Shown here: in pieces, positions 43,812-55,558 of the stretch | Layout of the letters: every line of letters begins with the position of its first letter | Position numbering within the stretch: position 1 is the stretch's first letter | DNA from: Naegleria gruberi | Taxonomy: Eukaryota | Strand: one strand, 5' to 3' | Assembly (NCBI GenBank): GCA_000004985.1 | Contig: GG738885.1 | DNA: 64,000 nt | Translations under genes and position numbers: made by a program | Notes under the pieces: model-generated | Databases searched by the model: none | The model's input: only the letters and a program-made list of their open reading frames with translations | What the model was told of the DNA's origin: nothing

Positions 43812-45004
43812 TTTTTCTTATTGTTTCCCATCAAATACTACTCAACTCGAACATCCAATGAACACACCATGTGTCAATCTTTCATCTAAGGAATGTACGC
43901 GGACTGGCAAGTGTATTAAAACAAGCAAACATAACAAACATGAATATTTTTTAATAATTTCCAAGGCGGGAAAAGATATCACTTCGCTTAACACGTACAC
44001 TGTTTGATTGAAATAATCTCTTTCCCAATTCATAAGACGAAGAATAAATATATTCTTGGATGAATTTCAAAAATTTGTTCTTTTCCCTTTCGCTGCCCCT
44101 TGTTCCTGCTTGATTCAGAGAAGACACTATGGGGTTGCTTGAATTTTAATAAAAACAATACTGTTATCCTCAATAATTGATTCTTTATATCATCAGAAGA
44201 TAAAGGGAAAGGGGAGTTTACATTAGAGAGATGAATTCAGGTTGTTTTTGGTGCCAGTGAGTTTGGATAAACAATTTACTGAAACATTATTATACAATTA
44301 CAATCAGGGAAAGTGTACTAATTTAAATTAGATTCTCTTATCTCTTATTTTTCGAATTTCTTTTGATTTCTCCTTGCCATATCAATTTGTTTCTTTTCAG
44401 AAGTTGAATTGAACGTTCTCTTATCAAGACGAGATACAACATCATTGTATCCTTTTCCTGAATTTCTCATTTCTCTCATAATATGAGTGGTTGCTGAACT
44501 GCTCTGTTGCTTTTTGAGTTTTCCAAGAGCTGTTTTAAAACTCACATCCAACAAATACAAAGTTTTAACGATGGAACACTTCTTCTTCTTGATAGTGGGT
44601 GTCTGACTGTTGTTGTTCTTTTTCTTCAGTTTCGGTTGTACGTACACGTGGTTTCAGAAATGGGATATCATTGACCTGCTTAGAAGCGAATAGAGGCATT
44701 TTTCTAGGAATAAATACCATACTTACAGAGAAGTTATTATTTCTTTGCTGGAGAACCCACTTAATCAAGATTTTAGCATCAACCCCATAAACAGCTTATT
44801 ATTCTTCTGAGTTATTTCATGATTTGTCGTCAAATTTACTACACATTGTGTAAAGAAATTAGTGGAACTAATGATTATTTCATAACTCCATATTTCTTTG
44901 ATATTAAGATTGTAGATAAAATTAATCACAACATGAAAAATGCCTAAATGATCACTAAATTAAATTATCATTTTCCATACTTAAATTATGTAACATTTCA
45001 CTAA

Positions 45005-45457
45005 ATGATTTCTCGGCTGTTCAGAACCTCTAATAACAACATTTTTTCAATAAAAATGAGTAATGAAGAAGTAAAAGATAAATTGGATGAATTGGATCAT
45101 GATTTGTTATCAAATCTTTTACACTTAATAACAGGTTCAAATATGAGTAAAAGTATTCAAGAAACTTTATTTTCAACTCTTTCATATCTTAACGGCAATA
45201 CCAAATTAGATCCTTATTTAAATTATACTAATTTTCATAATTATTTTAATAATAGTGAAATGGATGAAAATATTGAAGTGCTTACTCTAGAGGCCATTGT
45301 GAAAAAGTTCCGAGATGGTAAACAAGCGGATTTTAAAGTAGTAGAATTAAAGTCAATATTAGGTAGATTTGGATTGCCAAAGAGTGGAAAGAAAAGTGAT
45401 CTATTAGATAGACTAAGAGATCATTTAGAACAGAAAGGGCATTTGAATAAACAATAA
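45005..45457 (+). CDS. SAP-domain protein, ~130-150 aa
   Basis: C-terminal SAP motif FKVVELKSILGRFGLPKSGKKSDLLDRLRDHLE. The likely true start is MSNEEVKDKL at ~45056. Confidence 0.5.
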   Translation: MISRLFRTSNNNIFSIKMSNEEVKDKLDELDHDLLSNLLHLITGSNMSKSIQETLFSTLSYLNGNTKLDPYLNYTNFHNYFNNSEMDENIEVLTLEAIVKKFRDGKQADFKVVELKSILGRFGLPKSGKKSDLLDRLRDHLEQKGHLNKQ

Positions 45458-45503
45458 TATTGAATTCTTCCTTTATACATAGTTTTTGAAATAATTATCG
45501 GAA

Positions 45504-47070
45504 ATGGCACCTGATTCTGTTGTATTATATTTGGATTTAATATCCTTTGAATCAGAATTATTAAGTAGTAAAATCAGAGATGTGCCAATGAAGGATAAAT
45601 TTAAATTGATATGGAATCCGATTTATTATTCCTTTGCTTATATAGATGAAGAAGATGTTGCGGAGGATGAACAATTAGAGAGAGAAAAGTTTGACTATCT
45701 CCTGAAGAATATTTACTCGGGTGAATATATGTTTAATTTAATGACCAATGCAGATATTTGGAAGATTGATTTAATTAGAGATCAAACATTTATTATAAAA
45801 CAGCTTACGCAAATATCTTGGGAAAAGTTTGCTGAAATTTCTACTAGATTGAATCTTTGGAAATTGAAATCATTTGCTGAGAAGTTTGTGGAATGTTTAG
45901 GAAGATATGTACTCGTATACATACCTATTGAATTAAGAAGTAATAGAAAGTTTATGTTACATGCTATTAAGCTGGATAGACATGCTCTTGGATTTGCTTC
46001 TGAAGAAATCAGAAATGATAGGGAAATTGTAATGGAATCTGTTAAACAAACTGGATGGGTTCTCAAGCATGCATCTGATGAATTGAAAAGAGACAAAACA
46101 ATTGTTCTTCATGCTGTTAAGCAAAATGGGCATGCACTTCAATTTGCTTCTGAAGAATTGAGAAATGATAGAGAGATTGATGGAGGCGGTTAAGCAGAAT
46201 GGCGGTGCAATAGAATTTACGTCTGATGAGCTAAAGAGAGACAGAGAAATAATAAGTGAGGCTGTTAGAAAAGAGGGAAACGCACTTTTGCTTGCATCTG
46301 AAGAGTTTAGAAAAGACAGAGAATTGCTTATTGAAGCCGTTAAGCAATATGGAAGGGCATTACAATGGGCGCCTAAAGAATTTAAAAATGATAGAGAAAT
46401 TGACTTGTTTGCAGTCAAGGAATATGGATCAGCAATTGACTATACTTCTAGTGAATTGAAATGTGATAGGGAATTTGTTTTACAAGCTGTTAAACTAAAT
46501 GGAATGGCACTTCAATATGTATCTTTTGGATTGAGAAATGATAGAGAAATAGTAATGGAAGCTGTCAAACAAAATGGATGGGCGCTTGAATGTGTATCAA
46601 GAGAATTAAGGAAAGACAGAGAAATTGTTGTCGAGGCTGTTAAACAAAATGGAACTGCTCTTGAATATGCACCAGAAGAATTGAGAAATGACAGGGAAAT
46701 TGTGTTACTAGCTATCAACCAAAATATTTCTTCATTCAAATATGTATCAGATGAATTGAGAAATGACAGAGAAATTGCAATGCTAGCAGTTAAAAAAGAC
46801 GGATATGCCATTGAAAAAACTTCTAGTGAATTGAGAAATGACAGAGAAATTGTCACAGAGGCAGTTAAACAAAACGGACTATTGCTTAGTGAGGCATCAG
46901 AAGAATTGCGAAATGATTGTGAAATTGTATTGCTTGCTTTTAAAAATAATGAGAGTTCACTGGTATATGCATCTGAAGAATTGAAAGCAGATGGAAAATT
47001 CATTCAACTTCTTCGAAGTTATTTATTTGAAAAGCAGCCTTATGAACTTCCAGGTAGATCAAGAAAATAG
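45504..47070 (+). CDS. Tandem-repeat protein of ~14 x 26-aa units (consensus ELRNDREIVLEAVKQNGWALEYASEE; DUF4116-like), interrupted by a frameshift near 46165-46195
   Basis: Two overlapping track ORFs (45504..46193 and 46165..47070) carry the same 78-bp-period repeat in frames offset by 1 nt. ORF 1 ends NDREIDGGG* where the consensus NDREIVMEAVKQNG is expected, and ORF 2 resumes with MEAVKQNGG. The antisense ORFs reported in this interval are artefacts of the repeats. Confidence 0.5.
45930..47010 (+). repeat. Coding tandem repeat array, 78-bp period (26 aa), ~14 copies
   Basis: Repeated ...gaattgagaaatgatagagaaattgt...gctgttaaacaaaatgg... units throughout the interval. Confidence 0.6.
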
Positions 47071-47134
47071 CTTTCCTGATGCAGTTTATCATGATTACAA
47101 TAATTCAAATCTTGGTTGATCAAGAAGAAAAAAA

Positions 47135-48619
47135 ATGACTTCAGAAATCCCACACCCATTCTCACACTATAATTCAGCACCGGATCTTTTTTTGTCTTCC
47201 TCATCAGGTTATGCTGCTCCATCAACATTGATAAAATTCTCCACAGGAAAACAATATAGGAACATGATGGAAAATTCCTTCCGAGATGTTGTTTGTAAAT
47301 TTAGGGAGTATTCGTTCTTGATCAGAGAAAAATCTTTTTATGATTATTTAAAGCCTGAATTTATGCAACAATATAAAATTGAGAGAAATTTGAGTTTATT
47401 TGTGAGTGAGATTTGGAGCGGAACATCGGCTACGTGTGTTAGGGGAGGATCTGGTTTAAATCCGTATGTTCTTGTTGTGCCAAGATTGGAGTTGGTGGAA
47501 CAGGTGATTAGAGATTATTTGGAATGGTGGAGATCGAATGATTTGTTTAACTCTGTAAAATATTGGAATGATTTTGATATATTTAGAATAGCAGATTCGA
47601 ATACAGATGGAAGAGGTGAATTGAAAAGTGTTTTTGAAATGACGTGTTTTACTTTGGAGGAAGGGGAGTATGTTAAAAACATTTCAGATAAGGGTTATTT
47701 TGAAATGACATTCTTGACTAATTTAGGACATTTTTATCACATTATTCAAGATAGAAATGGTGGGAAGAATATAATTACAAAATCAGCTGAATTATTTACT
47801 GGACTAGCAGTTGGTGGATCATTTTGGATTGGGTGGACAAGTACTAACCTTTTTCTATTTGGACATAATTTTTACATTCATATGCAAAACAGGAAAGCAA
47901 GCATACCTAGTGAAATTCTATCAATTGATGATGTTAGTTGCGGATGGGATAATATATTTATTGTGGCCAATTCTAGGAAAGATGTATTTGGATTTGGCAG
48001 AAATTTTGGGTCTTTTTTCACTCCAAACCACAAACAAACACCAAATATAGTTCAAATTCCACTCGACAAATTAAAACTCCCAGAAGAAACCATTCAAAAG
48101 GTCTCCGCAGCAGATGAAGCAGCTGTAATTTTATTGGATTCTGGAAATTTAATCATTAATAATTATGCACTGAATCGAACTTCTTTTAGTATTTTTTCTA
48201 GTAAATTATGGACTAGAATTGATGCTGCCAAAACTTTGAACAAATTTCAAGACTCGAGAATTATTGATGTTGGAGTTGGAAGATCCAAAATTTCTGTACT
48301 TACTTTCAATCATTGCATTTCAGTGTACTCATTGGATTTTACATTGGAATTTGAAACCAAATTACACATATCCTGTTCCTTAGATTATCCTCTATTTGTT
48401 ATGAATAAGACAAAGATTGTGGATGAAAGCAAGAAAAGAATAGTTCAAGAATCATTTAATCCCTCCCTCATTTTCAACCCAACAATCATACAGGCAGAAG
48501 AGAGTGTTCAAGTATGGTATCATGCTCATAATCCAATCGATTTATTTCAATCAGATTATAGACGAAATATGATTTCCTCTTCACTCCACTTTTCAGATTT
48601 ACAATTCAACTTTGTTTAA
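47135..48619 (+). CDS. Hypothetical protein, 494 aa (possibly a beta-propeller-like fold)
   Basis: ATG at 47135. Long ORF with coding composition. Scattered G[WF]xxxF motifs and no confident family. Confidence 0.35.
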   Translation: MTSEIPHPFSHYNSAPDLFLSSSSGYAAPSTLIKFSTGKQYRNMMENSFRDVVCKFREYSFLIREKSFYDYLKPEFMQQYKIERNLSLFVSEIWSGTSATCVRGGSGLNPYVLVVPRLELVEQVIRDYLEWWRSNDLFNSVKYWNDFDIFRIADSNTDGRGELKSVFEMTCFTLEEGEYVKNISDKGYFEMTFLTNLGHFYHIIQDRNGGKNIITKSAELFTGLAVGGSFWIGWTSTNLFLFGHNFYIHMQNRKASIPSEILSIDDVSCGWDNIFIVANSRKDVFGFGRNFGSFFTPNHKQTPNIVQIPLDKLKLPEETIQKVSAADEAAVILLDSGNLIINNYALNRTSFSIFSSKLWTRIDAAKTLNKFQDSRIIDVGVGRSKISVLTFNHCISVYSLDFTLEFETKLHISCSLDYPLFVMNKTKIVDESKKRIVQESFNPSLIFNPTIIQAEESVQVWYHAHNPIDLFQSDYRRNMISSSLHFSDLQFNFV

Positions 48620-48670
48620 ATTAAAATTATTATTTAAATACTAATGCAAGTTTTATCTATGGTTTATTTT

Positions 48671-49540
48671 CTAAAGTAAAAGAGAACAGACAAGAACAGT
48701 GAGAGTTACACCTAAAAGATCCATTACAACTGAAGACATTGGACCAGAGGATATGCCAGCATCGAATTTCAAAACAAAATGAATGAATAGTGGAATGAGT
48801 GCACACACAAATACACTCACAATGACAATCATTATAACACTCAAGGTAAGAGCTATTAATTCTTTCAATAGAGTTGGATTATAAAAGATGGCAATGAATG
48901 GTGACATTCCCATTGCTTCTTGTGGAGTGAGACTGAAAACTCTGTAAATATAAACTCTCAGAAAAGCAATTAATCCAATAGCCAAGCTCAATAGAATACC
49001 AATTCTAAATTCCCTCCACACAACTTGAAAAATATTTGATTTTTTAAATTCACCTGTTGTAATTCTTCTCACAATTTCAATAACTGTTTGTGATCCTGAA
49101 TTGCCTCCTGTTCCTATTAACATGGTTAAAAAAAGGGAAATAATAATATGTTTTTCTATCAGAGATTCAAACTTGGCCAAAATAAAACTAGAAAATGATT
49201 GCAAAATTAATAATAATATCAGCCATATGCCTCTTTTGTATACAATTTTAAATATCGATTGGTCAAAATATTTAACATCCACTTCGGAATTAGTTGAACT
49301 ATTTACATCTGTCTCGGAATTATTTTCATCATTATTTCCAATCAAAGGCTGATTTGATGAATAAATTTCATCATCCTCAAATACTTGAGATTCTAAATCA
49401 ACTTCGCTTTGAACTAACTGACTTTTTTCCTCTCCTATTTGTTCTTCTATTGTAGTGGTAGAGGTAGTGGCTGGAGTAGTACTGTTTGTGTTTTCCGATA
49501 TTGCTGATGATGGAAGATCTTTCAATTCCTTTTCACTCAT
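48671..49540 (-). CDS. MgtE/SLC41-like divalent-cation transporter domain protein (single MgtE TM module) with an acidic N-terminal extension
   Basis: MgtE signature LFLTMLIGTGGNSGSQTVIEIVRRITTGE (GNxGxQ), followed by about 5 TM helices. 289 aa. Confidence 0.55.
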   Translation of the reverse strand: MSEKELKDLPSSAISENTNSTTPATTSTTTIEEQIGEEKSQLVQSEVDLESQVFEDDEIYSSNQPLIGNNDENNSETDVNSSTNSEVDVKYFDQSIFKIVYKRGIWLILLLILQSFSSFILAKFESLIEKHIIISLFLTMLIGTGGNSGSQTVIEIVRRITTGEFKKSNIFQVVWREFRIGILLSLAIGLIAFLRVYIYRVFSLTPQEAMGMSPFIAIFYNPTLLKELIALTLSVIMIVIVSVFVCALIPLFIHFVLKFDAGISSGPMSSVVMDLLGVTLTVLVCSLLL

Positions 49541-49638
49541 TTTTTATTTGATTATTAATATTTTATGATATTTTTAGATGTTTAGAATTATTTTAATATG
49601 AAAATTGGGTCAATTAAGACCAAATGTTTTGTAAGGGT

Positions 49639-52600
49639 TTATTTCCTGTTCTTGCTACTCTTAGCTGGCTTACGATACTCTTCATCATCACTGATTTCTT
49701 CATCTCTCTTTCGTTTTTGATTATCTTCTTCCATGGCTTCATTTTCTAATTCTTCCCATGTTGGAGCATCTTCTTCCTCTTCTTCCTCGAAATCATCATC
49801 GTCTTCATCATCATCTGAATCAATGTACATTTCTTCATCATCGTCATCAACGTCTTCTTCTTCACCTGATGATGGTTCATATTCTTCGGCTCCTTCTTCT
49901 TCTAAATCTTCTTCAACTTGTTCACCACTCATAACGAGGAAAGAGGTCCAACCATTTTCACTGTATGGATCCCAGTTGTCTTCTTCACGAATAGTCTTAA
50001 GAATTGGACCCCACTTCAAAGATTGAGCACCTTCAAAGTATAATACATTGCTGTTTGTTAACCAATCCTTAATCTTATCCAAATGTTCAACTGGTATAGA
50101 TGTTATGGAGTGGTAAGTAGTAAGGTCTTTCAAAATAAATACAATATCAAAGTTCTTCAATCCAAATTTCATTCTTTCAAAGTGAGCAATTTCAACTTCA
50201 TCCATTGTCAACACAAAGAAAGGAGCTTCAGAGAGGGAAACAAGGCAATTTAGAGTTGGTACTAAATTTACATTTGATTTACCAGTAGATGGGACACCAG
50301 TAAATTCTAAATCACGGAATGGAATTTCAAAATCAACGCCTGACTTTTCTTCAACTTTCTTTACAAATGAAGCAAATTCCTTATTCAATTTAATCTTCAA
50401 AAGTTGTTCTCTTTCTTCTTCTTCAATAGCTTCTCTTTCAGAAACAGCTTGTCTTCTGTGTCTACCGACCAAGTGATCAAATTCTTCAATAACTTCAGTA
50501 AAGAATTGAATATCATGGAAGGCCTTCTTACCAATCATAACTGGATTCTTAAGATGGAAGTGAATAAGAACAATAATATCATTCTTGGCTTCTTGGAAGA
50601 AGGCATGTTTGATATTAGAGTACATAATTTCAATCTTAGCACCCTTGTTACTGGAGAATCTCAAACCATTTTCATGAGCTTCAATTACACCAACTTGTTT
50701 CTTACCAGGTCTCATGAAGATATCAGCAAGTCTTGGAGCCTTTTGACCCTTACTAACTAATTTAAGTTTTGGTTGATCAACTTCCTTATTATTTTCATTG
50801 AATTCTCTGTCTCTTTCTTCTTGACCAATTTGTTTCTTCAATTCAAGGATTTCTCTTCTAGCACTTTCCAAACGTTTGGAATCCTTTGCTCTGTATGAAA
50901 TTTCCTTGACAAAGACAAGGTGCTTATACAACTTGGCTGGTTCGTAAACCTTACCAAAGTTGAGTTTAGTATTGTTAAAGTTGATTCTGAGATGTACATA
51001 TTCACCTTCGTCAGTTGTGTTTACGTTCTTAATAGCGGCAATGTGGAATGGAACGTGAGAACCATTAATTGGCAACAAGACAGATCCATGTCTCTTATCG
51101 ACAATGATTTGGTTGGCAACCAATTGAAGATTCTTTGGAATAGGTCCAGTATAACTAACAACTTCACCTTTAGCGAATTTTTCATCAGCTGACAACTTTT
51201 TCTTTCTTGATGAAGTGCTTGAAGATTCATCCTTTCCTTCGTATTCTTCTCTCTTTCTTTGGAGAAGAGATAATTGTCTCTTTCTTCTTTCTTCATCATT
51301 GAGAGTAGAGTCAGATGATTCAACACCTCTAACCAAACCTGAAGCAATAGCAGCACTACGCTTTTGTCTTTGTCCGAATTCTTGATCAATCACTTCTGGT
51401 TCAACCTCTTCAGCTGCTTCTTCATCTTCAATTGAGTAAGATATTTGATTATAGTCAATCTTAATACGAGTCAAAACTTGACATTCTTCACGAACCTCAA
51501 CTTGATCATTTGATCTTGGCATACCATAATCTTCAGTTGAAACTACAACTGTATCAGCAATGAACATAGAATATGGAGCACGACCTGGTTCTGGAACATT
51601 TTCAAATCCTAATTGAACAACAAATGTCATATTATTTGCAATTTCCATCATATTGCCTTCAGCCATTTGCATGATTGGAGAGGAAGGTTGCCATCCTATA
51701 CAGAAACCAACCTTCGTTGTGAAATGTGGAACCAACTCTGGTTTCTTCTTTCTTAAAAATTCCCTAGCAGCAGCATAAATACTATCCATTGTTTGACCAA
51801 CTCTAATCTTCTTTTTGACAAGGAATTGGTAGACATTGTACAAAATTTCGTAATCCATTTCCTTTTCCACACTAGCATTAATGAAATAAGTTCTTGCAAC
51901 CATTGAACAGAATGATTTGTATCTGATACCAAACATTAAAATGATGTTATCAAATTTAAGGATTTTGTCATCTGATTTAACTGATTCGTCATTGAAATCT
52001 AAGTTAAGATTATATCCACCTCCAGATTGAATAATAGGATTAAAAGCTAATGTTAAATCAATTTCTGCAGCAGCTTTTGTCACCATATTTTCAATATTTA
52101 CGGCAAATTGACTGTGTTTGATTTCCTTTCCTTCATCGATAACACCTTCCATATCGGTGACAATTTTCTTGACGAACTTAGTGGTGTATTGTGAAGAAGC
52201 TTTAGCAAGTTGTACTTCTTCTGGCTCTCTTGTACAGAGCAAATCTTGAAGGGCAATCTTGACATCTACAACTTTTTGCTTCTTGAGAGTATCAATATAT
52301 TCCTTGTGTAATGGTCCTGTGTGTTTTTCTCCTTCAATTACACCAATAACAGTATTTGATGAAAGTGAAAGAGTAGCAAAGAAATCGGAAGTTGTTCTCT
52401 TCTTATCCTTTTCAAAGAGTTTGATCTTTCCTGATGTATTTGGAATGTCTTGCAACATTTTAATTTTGTTAGCACTAAAGTTTGATCGTATTCGAATTTT
52501 GTCATGATCTGTTACTTACCTAGTGAAGAAGTGCACAGATTTTGTATGAGGTTCAAAGGAAATAATAGTATCAGTGAATTCGTATCCAATCAGCCACAAG

Positions 52601-52776
52601 AGCATTAATTTGTGTACATCGTAATCGTTCTTTTCTTCTTGATTTACCTTGCCCATAAAAACTTGGAAAATTGTGCAATTATCATATAGAGTATCTTTGT
52701 ATTTGTCAAAGTGGTCAAACAGACGAGCAAGTCGCTTGTTGAATATTTCCCCATCAATTTTATTCTCGTCTGCCAT
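49639..52776 (-). CDS. spt16: FACT complex subunit SPT16, two exons
   Basis: Exon 1 is approximately 52520..52776 (MADENKIDGEIFNKRLARLFDHFDKY...LWLIGYEFTDTIISF, matching the SPT16 N-terminus). A 45-nt intron (GTAAGT..TTTAG) follows. Exon 2 is approximately 49639..52474. The M24-like N-domain, middle domain and acidic C-tail (DDDDEEMYIDSDDDEDDDD) are all present. Confidence 0.85.
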
Positions 52777-53040
52777 TTTTTTTTAATTTTATTTTGTGTC
52801 AAATTTTTGGAAGGCGGGAAACATTCAAGAACCAATAATTTAGCATCCATCTAGATGCCCCAACTTGATTGAACCTTTTCTTTTTCTTATAGAATTATAA
52901 TATATTATATCTAAAACTAAATTGTTAATTAATACTTGACATTTTTCACATGAATGTTAAATATGATGAAATTAATAACACTAAGCAACTTTGGATCGGA
53001 CAGAGATGCGCGCCAATTCACAAAACTTCAAACAAAAAAA

Positions 53041-53602
53041 ATGGCAGTACCAAGCATCTTCTCCAGACCATTGCATTTGATTTTCTTCATCTACTTTTTG
53101 AGTCACATTCCAATCACTATCATGATTGACTCTCAAGTAAGTTTATCACATATGTTGTATCATTATAGTTTAAATAATTATAAAGCCTCTCTTGGTTGAT
53201 AAGATCCCACAACTCTATCCACCAATCATTAAACAAATTTTGAATGATCACTGGTTAGAACCATTCCAAGACAAGTTGATGGTTGTCTTCCCAGTTTGGT
53301 TTGCTAGTTTTACAGTTTGTGAAGTCTTTTTGCAATTCCCATTCTTCTTCTTTGCTTGTTATGCCTTCATTGCTGGTAAGAACTGGATCCGTATTCCATC
53401 AATTATTTATGCCACACACGTTATGACTACACTCGTTCCAATTATGAGTGCCTTCATATTTGATCCTGCTTTCCTTAATCACAATCCAGTCTTGTTGGCT
53501 ACCTATTCTGTCTACTTTATCATTCCACTCTTGTTATTGTTGAATATGGTTCTCTACACTAATCCATTCAATTATGAGGAAAAGAAGATCAAGAAGCAAT
53601 AA
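53041..53602 (+). CDS. TMEM97 / sigma-2 receptor (EXPERA domain) homolog, two exons
   Basis: Exon 1 is 53041..53136 (MAVPSIFSRPLHLIFFIYFLSHIPITIMIDSQ). A 49-nt intron (GTAAGT..AAAG) follows. Exon 2 is 53186..53602. FLSHIPIT, CEVFLQFPFFFFACYAF, WIRIPSIIYATHVMTTLVPI and the C-terminal YEEKKIKKQ parallel human TMEM97 (FLSHIPIT..CELVFQLPFF..WIRTPAIIYSVHTMTTLIPI..YEEKRKKK). Confidence 0.75.
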
Positions 53603-53673
53603 TTAGTTGCTTATCCGAATCTTTCAATTTTTAAATCAACACTTTAAATTATTAAAATCAATATTATTAAAAA

Positions 53674-54594
53674 ATGTCTTTCAACAAACCAATAACCATT
53701 CCTTCCAACAATGATTCATCACCACCAATACTAAATCATCAAGTACACAATTATTTTAATAATAATATTAGTGAATCACCGTCACCCACACTATCCGATA
53801 ATAGTTCTTCAAATATTAATACGAGTAATAGTCAATTTATTCTCAATATACGATTTCCACACTCTTCGGAAACTCATCAGTGTATTTTAAAATCAGGATC
53901 TAACACTATAGTGAGTGAATTATTACAAGCCATCAGAGAACAATGTTTGGAAAAGGATAAAACTTTACGATCTAATGAAAATTACTCTCCATCAAAGAGT
54001 ATTCTCAAATTAATTCATCATGGAAGACTACTAACGCCTCCTACATTTCCGATTTCGAGATTTAATATTCAACCTGAAAACTTTATACATTGCACATTTT
54101 CACCCATTCAACAACCTAGTAATAATTCACAACAACATAATACTAGCTCTTCATCAACTGATATTCGACAAGGATTTGACATGTTATTGAATGCTGGTCT
54201 TGCCAGAGAGGAAGTTAATGAAGTGAGGAGACAATTCTATGCAAGTCATTCAAATTTATTGGAATTGCACAGAAGAGGTCAACTCACTCAAAGGGATTTA
54301 TTTGAAATTGAGCAACAGTGGATGCAAAATGATCATGTTCAAACAGAAAACGATCAAAGCAGCTCAATAAGACCAACCAATACAATCATAGATACGAATA
54401 ATGTGGGAAATATTTATCATTTCTTCTGTGGAGTTTTCTTGGGATTCTTCTTGGGATTTGTTGCACTGATAGCTCTTTTGGAAAACTCACTCTCTCGAAG
54501 ATTTCAATTCGGTATAAGATGTGGTGTAACAACAATGGTTCTCTTGTCGATATTCAAGTATTACTTCCCGACACTTCTACCATACATGATGTAA
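53674..54594 (+). CDS. Ubiquitin-like-domain membrane protein (TMUB/Dsc3-like), 306 aa
   Basis: Central UBL-like segment (FILNIRFPHSSETHQCILKSGSNTIVSELLQAIREQCL...LKLIHHGRLL). Two C-terminal TM helices. N-rich N-terminus. Confidence 0.35.
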   Translation: MSFNKPITIPSNNDSSPPILNHQVHNYFNNNISESPSPTLSDNSSSNINTSNSQFILNIRFPHSSETHQCILKSGSNTIVSELLQAIREQCLEKDKTLRSNENYSPSKSILKLIHHGRLLTPPTFPISRFNIQPENFIHCTFSPIQQPSNNSQQHNTSSSSTDIRQGFDMLLNAGLAREEVNEVRRQFYASHSNLLELHRRGQLTQRDLFEIEQQWMQNDHVQTENDQSSSIRPTNTIIDTNNVGNIYHFFCGVFLGFFLGFVALIALLENSLSRRFQFGIRCGVTTMVLLSIFKYYFPTLLPYMM

Positions 54595-54876
54595 ATAATG
54601 TACAGTTCAGTCCTCTAAATTAAATAGTTGTCTAATCCAATAAATTCCACCATCGTACTATCATCACAATAATACAAATAAATAATAATAATTATTATAA
54701 TTTATTTAGAGCAGGAAGGAAAAGACGGAGGTTAAAAAGGGATGAGTTAATGATGTTGTAGATTATTATCCAATTAGTTTTTGTACAAATAAATCCGCGT
54801 CAACTTGTTGTTGTGGTCAACATCATCAAAAATCTAGGTGAATTAATATTCACAATATAAATTATGTAAGAATAAT

Positions 54877-55160
54877 TTAAGCGTTGTATGTTGCTTGATC
54901 TTCTTGTTCTTCATCCTTATCAGTAGTATTATATAACAATAATTTTTCAATAAGTTCGACGTGGGTAAGCAACATTCTTCTACAACAATATCTCTTCAAG
55001 CCTAATGTATTTAAAGCATCACTAACAACAAATCCATCTATTAAATCATCAGTATTTACACTTACTTTTCAGGATATTCGGAATTCAAAAGTTGGAGGTA
55101 CTTGTCCCATTTATTACCAATAACTTTACCACAAGTAAAACAACGAACAGGGATGATCAT
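54877..55160 (-). CDS. rpb10: DNA-directed RNA polymerases I/II/III subunit RPABC5 (RPB10), two exons
   Basis: Exon 1 is approximately 55066..55160 ([31 protein letters not shown]). A 44-nt intron (GTAAGT..GTTAG) follows. Exon 2 is approximately 54877..55021 ([29 protein letters not shown]...). It is near-identical to RPB10 ([31 protein letters not shown]). Confidence 0.85.
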
Positions 55161-55558
55161 TTTTTTTGAATGCAAAATTATCCAACGTTTTTTTTTTAAA
55201 TTTAAAAAACAACTTGAAGATTGTGTGAAGAATGTGAAGTTAAATGTTATTTAAAACATTGACTATTACATATTCTGAGCTTATCATAGGCAGTTGATTC
55301 ATTGTATCTCAACTTTCTGTTCACTAATCCATAATCCAAAATGCAGCAACATGAACCATTTGCTCACACCTCAATCAACCCAAGTAAATGTGCTTTGCAA
55401 ATTAATCTTAATAAGTCTTTTAACCTTCACAACATACCTTTCATATTACCCGCCATAACAACTCTCACCTTTTCAAAAAGTAAACTCCTCAAATAATTCA
55501 TCCTCAATATCGAGCGCCAAAAAAACCCTTTAAAAACACGCGACTGAGCATTAAAAAA

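Noticed and set aside
45782-47003. Three long minus-strand ORFs (45782..46096, 45957..46418, 46512..47003) antisense to the repeat gene
   Set aside because: They are low-complexity mirror images of the 78-bp tandem repeats (SLS/FLNSS-rich) and sit inside a clearly coding plus-strand gene, so they are artefacts of repeat periodicity.
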